The notes below the pieces were generated by a model that saw nothing but the letters and a program-made list of their open reading frames with translations, ran no database searches and had not been told where the DNA came from. Positions 16,719 through 25,766 of a stretch of 64,000 nucleotides of DNA are shown here, one piece after another. Position 1 is the first letter of the stretch; every line of letters starts with the position of its first letter. The DNA is from a virus, in the IMG/VR virus record IMGVR_UViG_3300035665_000004, positions 1 through 64,000 of that record. One strand, given 5' to 3'. A program made the translations under genes and the position numbers.

Positions 16719-17648
16719 ATGTCAAATGCACAAATTCTCACTTTGGTTTCATCAGACAGCCACACTGTTAATTTCACCGTTGGTACAGGTAAAGCGGTTT
16801 ATTCTCGTACTGTTAATGCCGATGGTATTTTTTCTAAAAAAGGCTTTAGCTACCAAGTAACCGAAAATGGCATTGAATTGTTAGATGGTGACTATGTGAG
16901 CAATTCAGTAACAAGAACAGTGATGCCATTTAAACCCATTCAATCAGAATTTTCAATTAACCAACGATTCGATTTTTTAAATAAATTTACTAACATGGTA
17001 TTAGATGGTGAAGTGGCATCCGAAGTTATCACTGGTGAAGGTGGTCTAGGTAAAACACACACCGTTTTAACTGCCATGACAAAACGGGGTTGGGTAGAAG
17101 GAACTCACTATGTCATCATTAAAGGTTTCTCTACACCTAAAGCACTCTATGCCACTCTCTATGAGAACAATGGTAAAGTAATCATTTTTGATGACTGTGA
17201 CTCTGTATTGAAAGACCCTATTTCAGTAAACATTTTAAAAGGGGCATTAGATTCTTACGAAGTGAGAACAATTAGCTGGTTAACAAAAGGGTTTATTGAA
17301 GATGAGTACCCAGCATCTTTTGAATTCACTGGTCAAGTCATTTTTATTTCAAACATTGGTTCGGATAGATTAGATGGGGCAATTAAATCTCGGTCAATTA
17401 CAATCGATTTGAGCATGACTATCCAAGATAAAATTGAACGGATGCAATTTATTTTACCCGAGATCCTACCTAACTACGCAATGGATGTTAAAGAAGCCGC
17501 ATTGGAATTTATGGCATTTCATTCAGAAGAAGCAAGAGAATTCAATTTGAGAACCTTAATGAAAGTTACGAAAGTGATTAACTCTTATGGATTAGAAAAT
17601 TCTGACGAATGGTCACCCGCTGCAAAATACCTATTGTTGCATGTGTAA
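16719..17648 (+). CDS. AAA+ ATPase
   Basis: Walker A GEGGLGKT, Walker B IIFDDCD, sensor SN and arginine-finger SRS. Confidence 0.85.
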   Translation: MSNAQILTLVSSDSHTVNFTVGTGKAVYSRTVNADGIFSKKGFSYQVTENGIELLDGDYVSNSVTRTVMPFKPIQSEFSINQRFDFLNKFTNMVLDGEVASEVITGEGGLGKTHTVLTAMTKRGWVEGTHYVIIKGFSTPKALYATLYENNGKVIIFDDCDSVLKDPISVNILKGALDSYEVRTISWLTKGFIEDEYPASFEFTGQVIFISNIGSDRLDGAIKSRSITIDLSMTIQDKIERMQFILPEILPNYAMDVKEAALEFMAFHSEEAREFNLRTLMKVTKVINSYGLENSDEWSPAAKYLLLHV

Positions 17649-17667
17649 TTAATCAAAAATAATTGAC

Positions 17668-17752
17668 ATAAAGGTGTTGACACCAACACCTTTATTTGTT
17701 ACAATAGCTCATCAATTTAGAAATCCACTCAATTTAATCAAAAGGAAGGTAC
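17668..17752 (+). repeat. second copy of the 85-bp promoter/leader repeat
   Basis: perfect 12-bp inverted repeat 17668-17679/17684-17695. Confidence 0.9.
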
Positions 17753-17755
17753 ACT

Positions 17756-17944
17756 ATGTCATCAACTACTTTATACGTCGAACCAGCATTTTTTGAAAAC
17801 TTTGACGGTGAAAAAAGTCCTTTCGACTACACCTTAACAGACGTCGAAAAATTGTGTTTTACCTGCCCTTTGTTGGAGTGTAAGGAGAACTCTGTGAAAT
17901 GCCCGATGAATATCGCACTCGCAGCGATGAAAAAAGGAAAATAG
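17756..17944 (+). CDS. small Cys-containing protein
   Basis: CFTCPLLECKENSVKCP; last gene of the early array. Confidence 0.75.
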   Translation: MSSTTLYVEPAFFENFDGEKSPFDYTLTDVEKLCFTCPLLECKENSVKCPMNIALAAMKKGK

Positions 17945-17979
17945 TTCGCTTAGAGGCGCCTCTTTTCGATGAATTTTTT

Positions 17980-18008
17980 AAAAAACCCGCCCAAAAACGG
18001 GTTTTTTT
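17980..18008 (+). terminator. bidirectional rho-independent terminator ending the early region
   Basis: aaaaaacccg-cccaaaaa-cgggttttttt. Confidence 0.8.
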
Positions 18009-18331
18009 CCGTAAAAATGCCCACCAAACAAATTATTTACCGAAAAACGGCATAGCGAATTAAAATTTTTGTATAATAGTGACATGAAACCATTTTTTAA
18101 AAATATTCATTTAGTGGGCGAAATTAACCGTACTAGCAACTGAAAAATTGGGTTAAAAAATCGGTCGCACGGGGAAACGCTATATAAATAAGGGAAAATA
18201 GCCGAGTGTCAAAATTTTTTTACCAGATTTCGGGTTTAGAGACGGCGGAAAAATTCTCGTTGTGCCATAAGACTTCAACCAAATTTTTTCGTGAAAAGTC
18301 CCAAAAATACCTCGAAAAATCATGAAAAGTC

Positions 18332-18438
18332 CTTCTAAAAGTTCTCCAAATTCATGCTAGTTTTCTTCTAAAAGTTCTCCAAATTCATGCTAGTTTTCTT
18401 CTAAAAGTTCTCCAAATTCATGCTAGTTTTCTTCTAAA
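18332..18438. repeat. 3.2 x 33-bp perfect tandem repeat, non-coding
   Basis: cttctaaaagttctccaaattcatgctagtttt at 18332, 18365 and 18398, plus a partial copy at 18431. Confidence 0.95.
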
Positions 18439-18912
18439 TTTCCCCTAAATCTACTAACAGTTTCACTCTCAATATTCGGATAATTTACATGGTCACATTC
18501 ATCTCTTTCCCGTTATTTTTATGGTATTCTTCTGTATTTTTGCAGTCTTCCCAAACTGTTCCAAGCTGTATAATTTTCCAGACAATTTCCCTACCATTTC
18601 CCACACCATTCTACCGATAATTTTTCCTCTTTTAATTGCCCCGAAACAATTCCCCCAAACACTTCCCATTAATTTCGTCAACTTCCCACTTACACACCAA
18701 AAAAGCGGATTTATAACTTTTGTCCACTTGCTATATTTTATTGGCATTTCCCTCCTTCCACTTTTCACTCAACTGCGGCATCGGATGACATTCCCAAATT
18801 TAATTCGCTATATTTTAAAGGAGTTTTAACATCCACAAATCACTGCTCTACACTACACCATCTGAATTTTTACTACTTTATCATAAATATTTGGTAAAAT
18901 ACTAATAAACTC

Positions 18913-19167
18913 ATGGGGAATTACTTAAAAATGAAAAAAGAAAAATTTAAATTAACGATTCACACTCTACAACAATCTTACCCAGAACATAAAAAATCAA
19001 TCACTACCTTAGTAAGATTGATCAGACAGGATTATACAAAGCATGACAAATACAGTGTCGATATTATCACTACACTTATCGATGTCTTAGCACAAATGAT
19101 AGAGAATGAACTAACACTGTTAGAAACAAAAAAAGAAATTTATTCAAAACTCTATTCTGTGTTATAA
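18913..19167 (+). CDS. hypothetical protein
   Basis: ORF preceded by CATAAATA (18882). Confidence 0.65.
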   Translation: MGNYLKMKKEKFKLTIHTLQQSYPEHKKSITTLVRLIRQDYTKHDKYSVDIITTLIDVLAQMIENELTLLETKKEIYSKLYSVL

Positions 19168-19210
19168 TATAATTTTAATTTTTCGCTCTTACTTTAAAGG
19201 GATTAAGACC

Positions 19211-19534
19211 ATGATTACTGATAACCATTTAACTCATTTAAGAACCATTCATTATGATGGAACTAATGTCGAAGAAGTAGTAGATTTTATAGAATCATTC
19301 TACGATTTTCATTTTCCCTTTTCAGGAATTAAAATGGTTTCTTTTACTGAGCAAGGAGATGACATCCACCTTAACTATGAATCTCACTCTAAGGTGGATG
19401 AAGACAACAATCTAATAACCTATGTTGTCCCAATGTCATGGATTATTATTTCTGATCCTCACAACATCAATGGTATCTCATGTCTACCACATTTTAAATT
19501 CTATAACCTAGTTGCTGGTCTAGGAGCAAACTGA
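19211..19534 (+). CDS. hypothetical protein
   Basis: AGGG RBS. Confidence 0.7.
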   Translation: MITDNHLTHLRTIHYDGTNVEEVVDFIESFYDFHFPFSGIKMVSFTEQGDDIHLNYESHSKVDEDNNLITYVVPMSWIIISDPHNINGISCLPHFKFYNLVAGLGAN

Positions 19535-19537
19535 AAT

Positions 19538-19765
19538 ATGTTAGTTGAAAAAGTATTGGAATTTTATAAATATATTGAAAACAATGAATTCAAACTAAAA
19601 AAAGGTTATACCTTTTTAATTGATGGGGATTCATTTAGTTACTACAGTGATGACAACCAGTCTGTTACCTTCTATGAGTTTGAGTTCAACTACACCATTG
19701 AAAAAAGTAAACACTTTGATGTAGAGGTTCAACTACTGTACCACAATCGAGTGATTTCTCTTTAA
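19538..19765 (+). CDS. hypothetical protein
   Basis: ORF track. Confidence 0.7.
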   Translation: MLVEKVLEFYKYIENNEFKLKKGYTFLIDGDSFSYYSDDNQSVTFYEFEFNYTIEKSKHFDVEVQLLYHNRVISL

Positions 19766-19785
19766 CTTACTAAGACAAAATCAAA

Positions 19786-20352
19786 ATGCCAAAATTTATA
19801 ATTTGCAAACATAAAAAATCACAGGTGGTAGATAAATTACGAAAATTTGGTTATAACTGTGATATGTTAACTACCGATGGATATTATAACCACATGAATT
19901 CATCCAATTCAGTTAACACAGAATCCTTCAAAGAATTTATGCAACATAATGTGGTTGCTGCATTTGATAATAAAATAGTTTTCTTAATTTCTGAAAGTAA
20001 ATTTCAAACCAATAAATTGTATGATCTTTTCAAATCATCTACTCCTGTTACTATCCTCGAAGAAGATGAATTTTTAGAATTACCTCTTAGAGTTACTACG
20101 TCTGAACTAAGAGAATCTATTTTTTCATCTGTCAGTGAAGAAATGAAAGCTAACCTCGAACGTGACTTAAATAAACTAATGAATCTCATCGTAGAGAACC
20201 GAGAACAGTTCTCCTTGGTCTACGGTCTCTATGATTTAAGTTATAACACCACAACCTACCTTATGATGGTGATTACTCAGTTAACGGATTTAGGCTATGG
20301 GGTAGAACAGTCTACTCAAGAAAATACCCCTCGGTTAATAATCACATGGTAG
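19786..20352 (+). CDS. hypothetical protein with C-terminal LxxxGYxV...IxW domain
   Basis: QLTDLGYGVEQST...LIITW. Confidence 0.75.
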   Translation: MPKFIICKHKKSQVVDKLRKFGYNCDMLTTDGYYNHMNSSNSVNTESFKEFMQHNVVAAFDNKIVFLISESKFQTNKLYDLFKSSTPVTILEEDEFLELPLRVTTSELRESIFSSVSEEMKANLERDLNKLMNLIVENREQFSLVYGLYDLSYNTTTYLMMVITQLTDLGYGVEQSTQENTPRLIITW

Positions 20353-20534
20353 TGAACACCATTGAATTTATTGTACTAGTCGCTTATTATTTTGGCATCT
20401 TTTACTTTATTGATTACTGTGCCTTAGTCAATCGTGTTAAAAGAGAAAGTAGGAAAAAAATGATTATGGAGACCAAAAAATAGTATTTAGGTTATAATAT
20501 TCATTTATCTCATCTTATTTTATAGGCGGAAAAA

Positions 20535-20972
20535 ATGAATTCACAACAACAAAAAACGATTGACGATATGTTAGCTTTAATGAGTTCTCCTGAATTTATT
20601 GAAAAAGAGAAAAAACGATTTAAAATGGAAAGAATTTTAAAAGATAAACACATTTCAAAAATTAAATCGTTTTATTCATCTCCTGAGGAATTTCAAGATT
20701 TTACAAATTATAACATTCTTAGACACAACAGTGTGTGGGATCAAAAATGTTATGACTTGGGTTATCAACCTTACAACAAAAAATCAATGAATATCTTGTT
20801 TGATATTGCTTTTAATGAAGGGACAACTGAAACTATTGAGTTAGATGAATTTACCACCACCTTTCCATCTCGTGTCTGTGAATATTATGGGTTCTACTTT
20901 GTCTATGTTTATGGTCAGGGAACAGTAAGTTGCATTTATAATTTAAACAAAGAATGTATCTACAGCACTTAG
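20535..20972 (+). CDS. hypothetical protein
   Basis: 145 aa ORF with RBS. Confidence 0.8.
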   Translation: MNSQQQKTIDDMLALMSSPEFIEKEKKRFKMERILKDKHISKIKSFYSSPEEFQDFTNYNILRHNSVWDQKCYDLGYQPYNKKSMNILFDIAFNEGTTETIELDEFTTTFPSRVCEYYGFYFVYVYGQGTVSCIYNLNKECIYST

Positions 20973-20979
20973 GAGAATA

Positions 20980-21237
20980 ATGATGAATCCAAATTTCAGT
21001 ACATGGATAACATTTTTAAATACTCATGAAGCAATGTCGTTATTACGAGCAGAGGACACAGAGTTTTATCCTGTTGATTCCACTGTTATTTTAATTTATG
21101 GTGGGTTTGTTTTAAAAAAAATAGTCATGGATTCAGTGAATGAATCGGTAATGGGATACAACTTTTATAACCAAGAAGAAAGTTTACTACACTCTGACCC
21201 CAATGACACCGTTACATTCACAAAAATTATTGATTGA
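20980..21237 (+). CDS. hypothetical protein
   Basis: AGGAG RBS. Confidence 0.75.
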   Translation: MMNPNFSTWITFLNTHEAMSLLRAEDTEFYPVDSTVILIYGGFVLKKIVMDSVNESVMGYNFYNQEESLLHSDPNDTVTFTKIID

Positions 21238-21248
21238 AGGTGATTGTG

Positions 21249-21764
21249 ATGACAAAAAATGAAAAAGAATTGTACGATGCGTTAGAACTACTGGTAGAGT
21301 ATTCAACACTGGTGGTGCCTTATTTGTACACCAGTGGTTATCCTGGCAAATCAAAAATATTAGCAAATAAAATTGGTGGTGCATTAAAAGTAATGGAACG
21401 GTTTACCACTGTTAAAAAACCCAATTTTGTTATTGCCCCTGTAAATAACAGTGAATTTAACTATGTGGTGTTTTCTACAAATTCTACTAGCTTAAATGAA
21501 TACCTTACTCAAATCATTCAGAGTTTACAAGATAGAAATGTAAACTATGCTTTGGTAGATTTAATGTGTCAAGATACAGTAACAGAAAATAATCGGTTTT
21601 TTGAACTCAGAGTAGAACCCTTTAGATTGTCCTCTATTGAAATAAATGAATCTATGTTAGATTATTGTAATGTGTGGTATCAAAAAAATTTGGAATGGTT
21701 AGAAGACAGTAACACAATACAACAAAAATTATGTTTATTTTTAAGAAATGATATAGTAGGATAA
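21249..21764 (+). CDS. hypothetical protein
   Basis: AAGGTG RBS before ATG 21249. Confidence 0.7.
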   Translation: MTKNEKELYDALELLVEYSTLVVPYLYTSGYPGKSKILANKIGGALKVMERFTTVKKPNFVIAPVNNSEFNYVVFSTNSTSLNEYLTQIIQSLQDRNVNYALVDLMCQDTVTENNRFFELRVEPFRLSSIEINESMLDYCNVWYQKNLEWLEDSNTIQQKLCLFLRNDIVG

Positions 21765-21770
21765 AGATAT

Positions 21771-22325
21771 ATGGAAACAGAAAAAACAGCATTAACGGGA
21801 CTTACCAACAATCAACTTGATTCCTTAGCAACCAAATTAAACGAAACATTTTTCATTTCCAAAGAGGAATTTGTCGAGGTCTACAAAGAGTGGATTAAAT
21901 TACAAGAGCCATTTGTTTTTTTACCCGACAGTGTTTTTGATTTTGGTTGGGATTCTGCACCCGATTGGGCAAATTATCAATCACAAGATATGGATGGTGA
22001 ATGGTATTGGCATCAATTTAAACCACGATTAGGAACCAACGAATGGATCCCCAATGGAAAAATTAAAAGTTGCAGACAACCTCAAGAAAATTGGGAACTT
22101 TCATTACGTGTTAGACAACCTAGGTTGGTGATGGAAGGACAAATATGGAAATGTGATACCAGTGATGAAAATAAAAATGGATTTAAAATTCATAATCTTT
22201 GTAAAACTTTATGGGATAATCAATGGATTGAGAGTGTTGTCTACCAATCACTGGATGATGATGCGTTATACTCTCGAACCTTAGAAAATTTTCTTAATAA
22301 CTTTACCATGGTGCTAACCGAATGA
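21771..22325 (+). CDS. two-domain protein (APDWANY..DxDGxW domain plus DUF1653-like C-terminus)
   Basis: APDWANYQSQDMDGEWYW and VVYQSLDDDALYSRTLENF motifs. Confidence 0.65.
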   Translation: METEKTALTGLTNNQLDSLATKLNETFFISKEEFVEVYKEWIKLQEPFVFLPDSVFDFGWDSAPDWANYQSQDMDGEWYWHQFKPRLGTNEWIPNGKIKSCRQPQENWELSLRVRQPRLVMEGQIWKCDTSDENKNGFKIHNLCKTLWDNQWIESVVYQSLDDDALYSRTLENFLNNFTMVLTE

Positions 22326-22699
22326 AAAAAATAATGTTGTTGGCTTTTTTCTTATTAGCTGGGTGTGATTCAGTTACAAACGTACTAACGGGATGTGATG
22401 CTTTAGTTGCTGCCCATAAAACGGTGGATTTAGTACCATCAAAATCCACCTCTCATATTGATACTGATCTGATTATTGATAAGGTAGTTAACCACGATTC
22501 TATGTTGGAATTATCAAACAATCATAGAACTGCCAAATATCGAAAATCTTCGATAACAAAGATTGTATCTTTTTTTAACACAGACACAGGATTTGAAGAA
22601 ATATCCATTAATGTCATCGGACAGGATGGTGCTTCAGAGTGGTTAACCAATAATATGGATATACGATTAAAAGTGCTTAATTCGATTGACAGTAAATAA
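22322..22699 (+). CDS. putative lipoprotein
   Basis: lipobox LLAGC. Confidence 0.75.
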   Translation: MKKIMLLAFFLLAGCDSVTNVLTGCDALVAAHKTVDLVPSKSTSHIDTDLIIDKVVNHDSMLELSNNHRTAKYRKSSITKIVSFFNTDTGFEEISINVIGQDGASEWLTNNMDIRLKVLNSIDSK

Positions 22700-22727
22700 C
22701 GAGTAATACTGAGGTAGTTTGGAGAGA

Positions 22728-22874
22728 ATGATGAGTGGATTTATTTTAATATTACTACTGATTTTTTTAATACCCATTATTTTAAACGTGATATTATATA
22801 CCCTATTATTTTTATTTTGGTGGTTTATTATACTGGGATTCATCTGGTTTTTGCACCTAATCACTCATCTGTGA
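22728..22874 (+). CDS. extremely hydrophobic 48-aa membrane peptide
   Basis: GGAG RBS; sequence almost entirely I/L/F/W. Confidence 0.55.
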   Translation: MMSGFILILLLIFLIPIILNVILYTLLFLFWWFIILGFIWFLHLITHL

Positions 22875-22925
22875 ACTCTAAATAAAAATGTATAATACTA
22901 ACCAATTAACCTTTTAAGGAGACTT

Positions 22926-23786
22926 ATGCGAAGTTCTATTTTTTTAAATGAAATATCAGTTATCGATCATTCTTACATTGATGATACTGGGTTTTTACGT
23001 GGTGGTTCATTTCTTTGTTCGTTTATTGTAACCGGAGAAGTGGATGAAACCGAAAAAGTGGTTGTTGATTTCTCAACTATTAAAAAAGACATCAAAAATA
23101 TCATTGATAAGCACAGTAGAAACCCAAATGAAAATGGTTTCGATCACCAACTATGGGTAATAAATGGTTACTCAGATTATACAAAAACACAAAATGGTAA
23201 TGATGTTTATATTAGTACCCCAATTTGTAAATTACAAGCGCCAGGTCAATTTGTAAAAGAATTTAATGGGGTGAGTTATTTTAGTGCGGAACAGGCTATA
23301 GCCGATCATGTGTTAACTGCATTAAACGTCAATTACCCAAATATCAATCTTTCAGTAGAATGTAAATTAAGTGAAACTCCCGTATTTCCACCATTTTCAA
23401 CAAATTTCAATCACATTTTATTTAGATATGTTCATGGCTTAAAAGATAGTACCAGTATGGGTTGTAAGAATCTACATCATGGTCATCTAAGTTATATTTG
23501 TATTGAGGATACTCAGCATTTGTTGAAAATTCAAAGTGAATTGCAATCTGTAATCTTTGTAAACGAACAAAATATTATTTCACAGGTAAATGATTTATTG
23601 GAAATCGGTTATGAAATTGATGGAGAAGGAGTATTTAACGCAAAATACGATACCTCAAAATTAAAAACTATTATTTTAAAGACAGAAACCACAATCGAAT
23701 ATTTACTTGAATATTTCATTCAACATTACGATATAACAGGTAAAGTATATATTTCTGAGGGATTGAACAAAGGTGCTTGTAACTAA
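22926..23786 (+). CDS. queD: 6-carboxytetrahydropterin synthase (QueD-like, duplicated T-fold)
   Basis: IDHSY, VVDFSTIKK...FDH, YVHGLK...CKNLHHGH motifs. Confidence 0.8.
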   Translation: MRSSIFLNEISVIDHSYIDDTGFLRGGSFLCSFIVTGEVDETEKVVVDFSTIKKDIKNIIDKHSRNPNENGFDHQLWVINGYSDYTKTQNGNDVYISTPICKLQAPGQFVKEFNGVSYFSAEQAIADHVLTALNVNYPNINLSVECKLSETPVFPPFSTNFNHILFRYVHGLKDSTSMGCKNLHHGHLSYICIEDTQHLLKIQSELQSVIFVNEQNIISQVNDLLEIGYEIDGEGVFNAKYDTSKLKTIILKTETTIEYLLEYFIQHYDITGKVYISEGLNKGACN

Positions 23787-23866
23787 TTTAAAATATTACC
23801 ATAAATAATTACTATATTGCCAAAAGTGTGGTATAATATATCACACTTTTATATTGATAATACACT

Positions 23867-24220
23867 ATGAACGCAAAATATTACATCTATCGAAATTTAC
23901 ATCAAAAATCATTTTCCGTCCAATATAAAGGAAAGGTGATTGCTCATCCCACAAATTTTATTGCCCACAATTGTGAATTTAGAGTTTCCGAAAATGGTAG
24001 ACAAAGAGTTTTATCGGAAAAACAGAAAAATGTTCATGCAAAAATTGCGTGTGAATGGTGGGAAATACCCACAGACAGTAGCAATTTGGTTGATGAAAAC
24101 AACGATCGAATCTACTATGATCCCTATGTTACCAACCAATTTCAATTTTCTGGAAAGGATATATTTGTAGCATCACAGGTGGTTGGTATGCATGGAAAGG
24201 ATATTTACAAAAAGGTATAA
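23867..24220 (+). CDS. conserved phage hypothetical protein
   Basis: YRNLHQKSFSV...GRQRVLSEKQKNVHA family motif. Confidence 0.8.
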   Translation: MNAKYYIYRNLHQKSFSVQYKGKVIAHPTNFIAHNCEFRVSENGRQRVLSEKQKNVHAKIACEWWEIPTDSSNLVDENNDRIYYDPYVTNQFQFSGKDIFVASQVVGMHGKDIYKKV

Positions 24221-24225
24221 TTATT

Positions 24226-24648
24226 ATGGCGACAATATATAACGTAAGTTATAATGATATTAAAAAGGGGGATTTTTTTCACCCGCCTCCAAATAACCGC
24301 ATGATTCTTATACAAATTGTTGATCCTTGTATGGATTTTCCAATTCCATTATGTGAACATACATTTTACGAAATACATCAATTTGAATTTTCCGATGTCG
24401 ATTCACCTAACGACATCGTATGGCCGTTTAGATTTCGCATCGAACAAGCAAAAAAAATAATTCATATTTTAAAAACGGCAAAACTCAATGACGCAGATGT
24501 AATAATTCATTGTATAGCGGGCGTTAGTCGTTCGGGAGCTATTGTTGAATTTGGAATACAAGAATTGAATTTTAGTGATTGCAACCTTTATCGACATCCA
24601 AATGCATATATGTTGCGAATATTAAAAAATTGTTTCAAGTATAGATAA
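24226..24648 (+). CDS. protein-tyrosine/dual-specificity phosphatase-like
   Basis: P-loop HCIAGVSRS; HPN motif. Confidence 0.85.
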   Translation: MATIYNVSYNDIKKGDFFHPPPNNRMILIQIVDPCMDFPIPLCEHTFYEIHQFEFSDVDSPNDIVWPFRFRIEQAKKIIHILKTAKLNDADVIIHCIAGVSRSGAIVEFGIQELNFSDCNLYRHPNAYMLRILKNCFKYR

Positions 24649-24733
24649 ATTTAATAATGTTGTTTCAACATTTAACTGTTTTCATTTTGAAACATCAAAA
24701 AAACAATACTACAACATACTAGGATTAAAAATT

Positions 24734-25249
24734 ATGTTTTCATTAAATATTAGTAAATTATCACCAGAGGAGTATTTTTCCATTTTATACAATTCCAATA
24801 AATCCGATGGTGAAGTAATGGAAAACCATTTATTGTATTACAATTTAATTAGAAATAATGAGCTTATTAATAAATGTGTTGAATCGGATACAATTTATAC
24901 AATAACTATCGGTTTTAAAAATGGGGAATATAGACTTTCATCTAATAAACTATCGGATGTGTTAAATGCTGGTATAGTTTATACATTAGAAAACAATTTC
25001 ACTATTTTTGATGGTGGATATGGGTTACATTTTAATGAATGTAATCTTTTCCAATGTACCAAAAATTTTTTAGAAACAATGGAAAGACTCAATAACAAAC
25101 CTGATTTTATTAGTGCTGAGGAATATGCTGCAGCTATCAAACATAAAAAATATTGGTTGTTTACCGGTCACAGAAATGGGGAATATTATTGCTACCATGC
25201 GTATGATGTTGAAAAATTATTATCACATGTTCTTAATAATTTAGTATAA
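24734..25249 (+). CDS. hypothetical protein
   Basis: 171 aa ORF. Confidence 0.75.
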   Translation: MFSLNISKLSPEEYFSILYNSNKSDGEVMENHLLYYNLIRNNELINKCVESDTIYTITIGFKNGEYRLSSNKLSDVLNAGIVYTLENNFTIFDGGYGLHFNECNLFQCTKNFLETMERLNNKPDFISAEEYAAAIKHKKYWLFTGHRNGEYYCYHAYDVEKLLSHVLNNLV

Positions 25250-25277
25250 TATATTAAATAATCAAAAAAATAATCTT

Positions 25278-25766
25278 ATGAAATTCATCAATACAGTTAA
25301 AACTGAAAAAATTCATTGTATCGTTTCAAAAATAGAAATTCAACACATTGACTCTACGGGATGTGTACTTATTTCAATTACCGATCCAGATAGTGATTAT
25401 ATTGGCATTACTATCCGAGAAAAATATGATGATGTGTTAAATATTCAATTTTTTGATGTTACTGAGAATACTTTTGTTCAGATTAACTCAACCTCAAAAT
25501 TACTGAGAGAACCCTTAACTTTTGAACAAGGGAGAGTAATCAAAGAATTTATCCTTAAAAACAAAGATAAAAAATTTGCAATCCATTGTTCTGCAGGTAT
25601 TAGTAGAAGTGCCGCAGTTGGATGCGCAATCAATTGCTTATTAGATTGTAATGGTGATATTTATGAATATCAAACTGGGTATTCATGTGCTGTAAAAAAA
25701 CACAACCGGTATCACCCAAATAAAACGGTATTTGATAGAATTATTGGAGTTGGAAATGTTAGTTGA
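25278..25766 (+). CDS. protein-tyrosine/dual-specificity phosphatase-like
   Basis: P-loop HCSAGISRS; ISITDP and HPN motifs. Confidence 0.85.
   Translation: MKFINTVKTEKIHCIVSKIEIQHIDSTGCVLISITDPDSDYIGITIREKYDDVLNIQFFDVTENTFVQINSTSKLLREPLTFEQGRVIKEFILKNKDKKFAIHCSAGISRSAAVGCAINCLLDCNGDIYEYQTGYSCAVKKHNRYHPNKTVFDRIIGVGNVS

Larger units (their letters stand above)
339..17705 (+). promoter_or_regulatory. Array of ~24 sigma70-type early promoters (-35/17 bp/-10)
   Basis: -35 hexamer starts (TTGACA unless noted): 339, 1009, 2171, 2708, 3076 (TCGACA), 3752, 5763, 6037 (TTGCTT), 6611, 7283 (TTGTCA), 8225, 9869, 10363 (TTGATT), 10805, 12027, 12360, 12873 (TTGGCA), 13532, 14043, 14370, 14622, 15356, 16304, 16641, 17677. 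Each is followed 17 bp later by TATAAT/TACAAT (CATAAT at 14393, TATAGT at 12896), and most by a GGAG RBS and ATG. Confidence 0.92.

Noticed and set aside
18332-18438. 33-bp repeats as CRISPR or a coding repeat
   Set aside because: No spacers between units; the only open frame lacks a start codon.
18499-18829. Overlapping opposite-strand ORFs 18499-18768 and 18521-18829
   Set aside because: Low-complexity translations (GKL/FP repeats) produced by the TTCC DNA motif; no convincing RBS.
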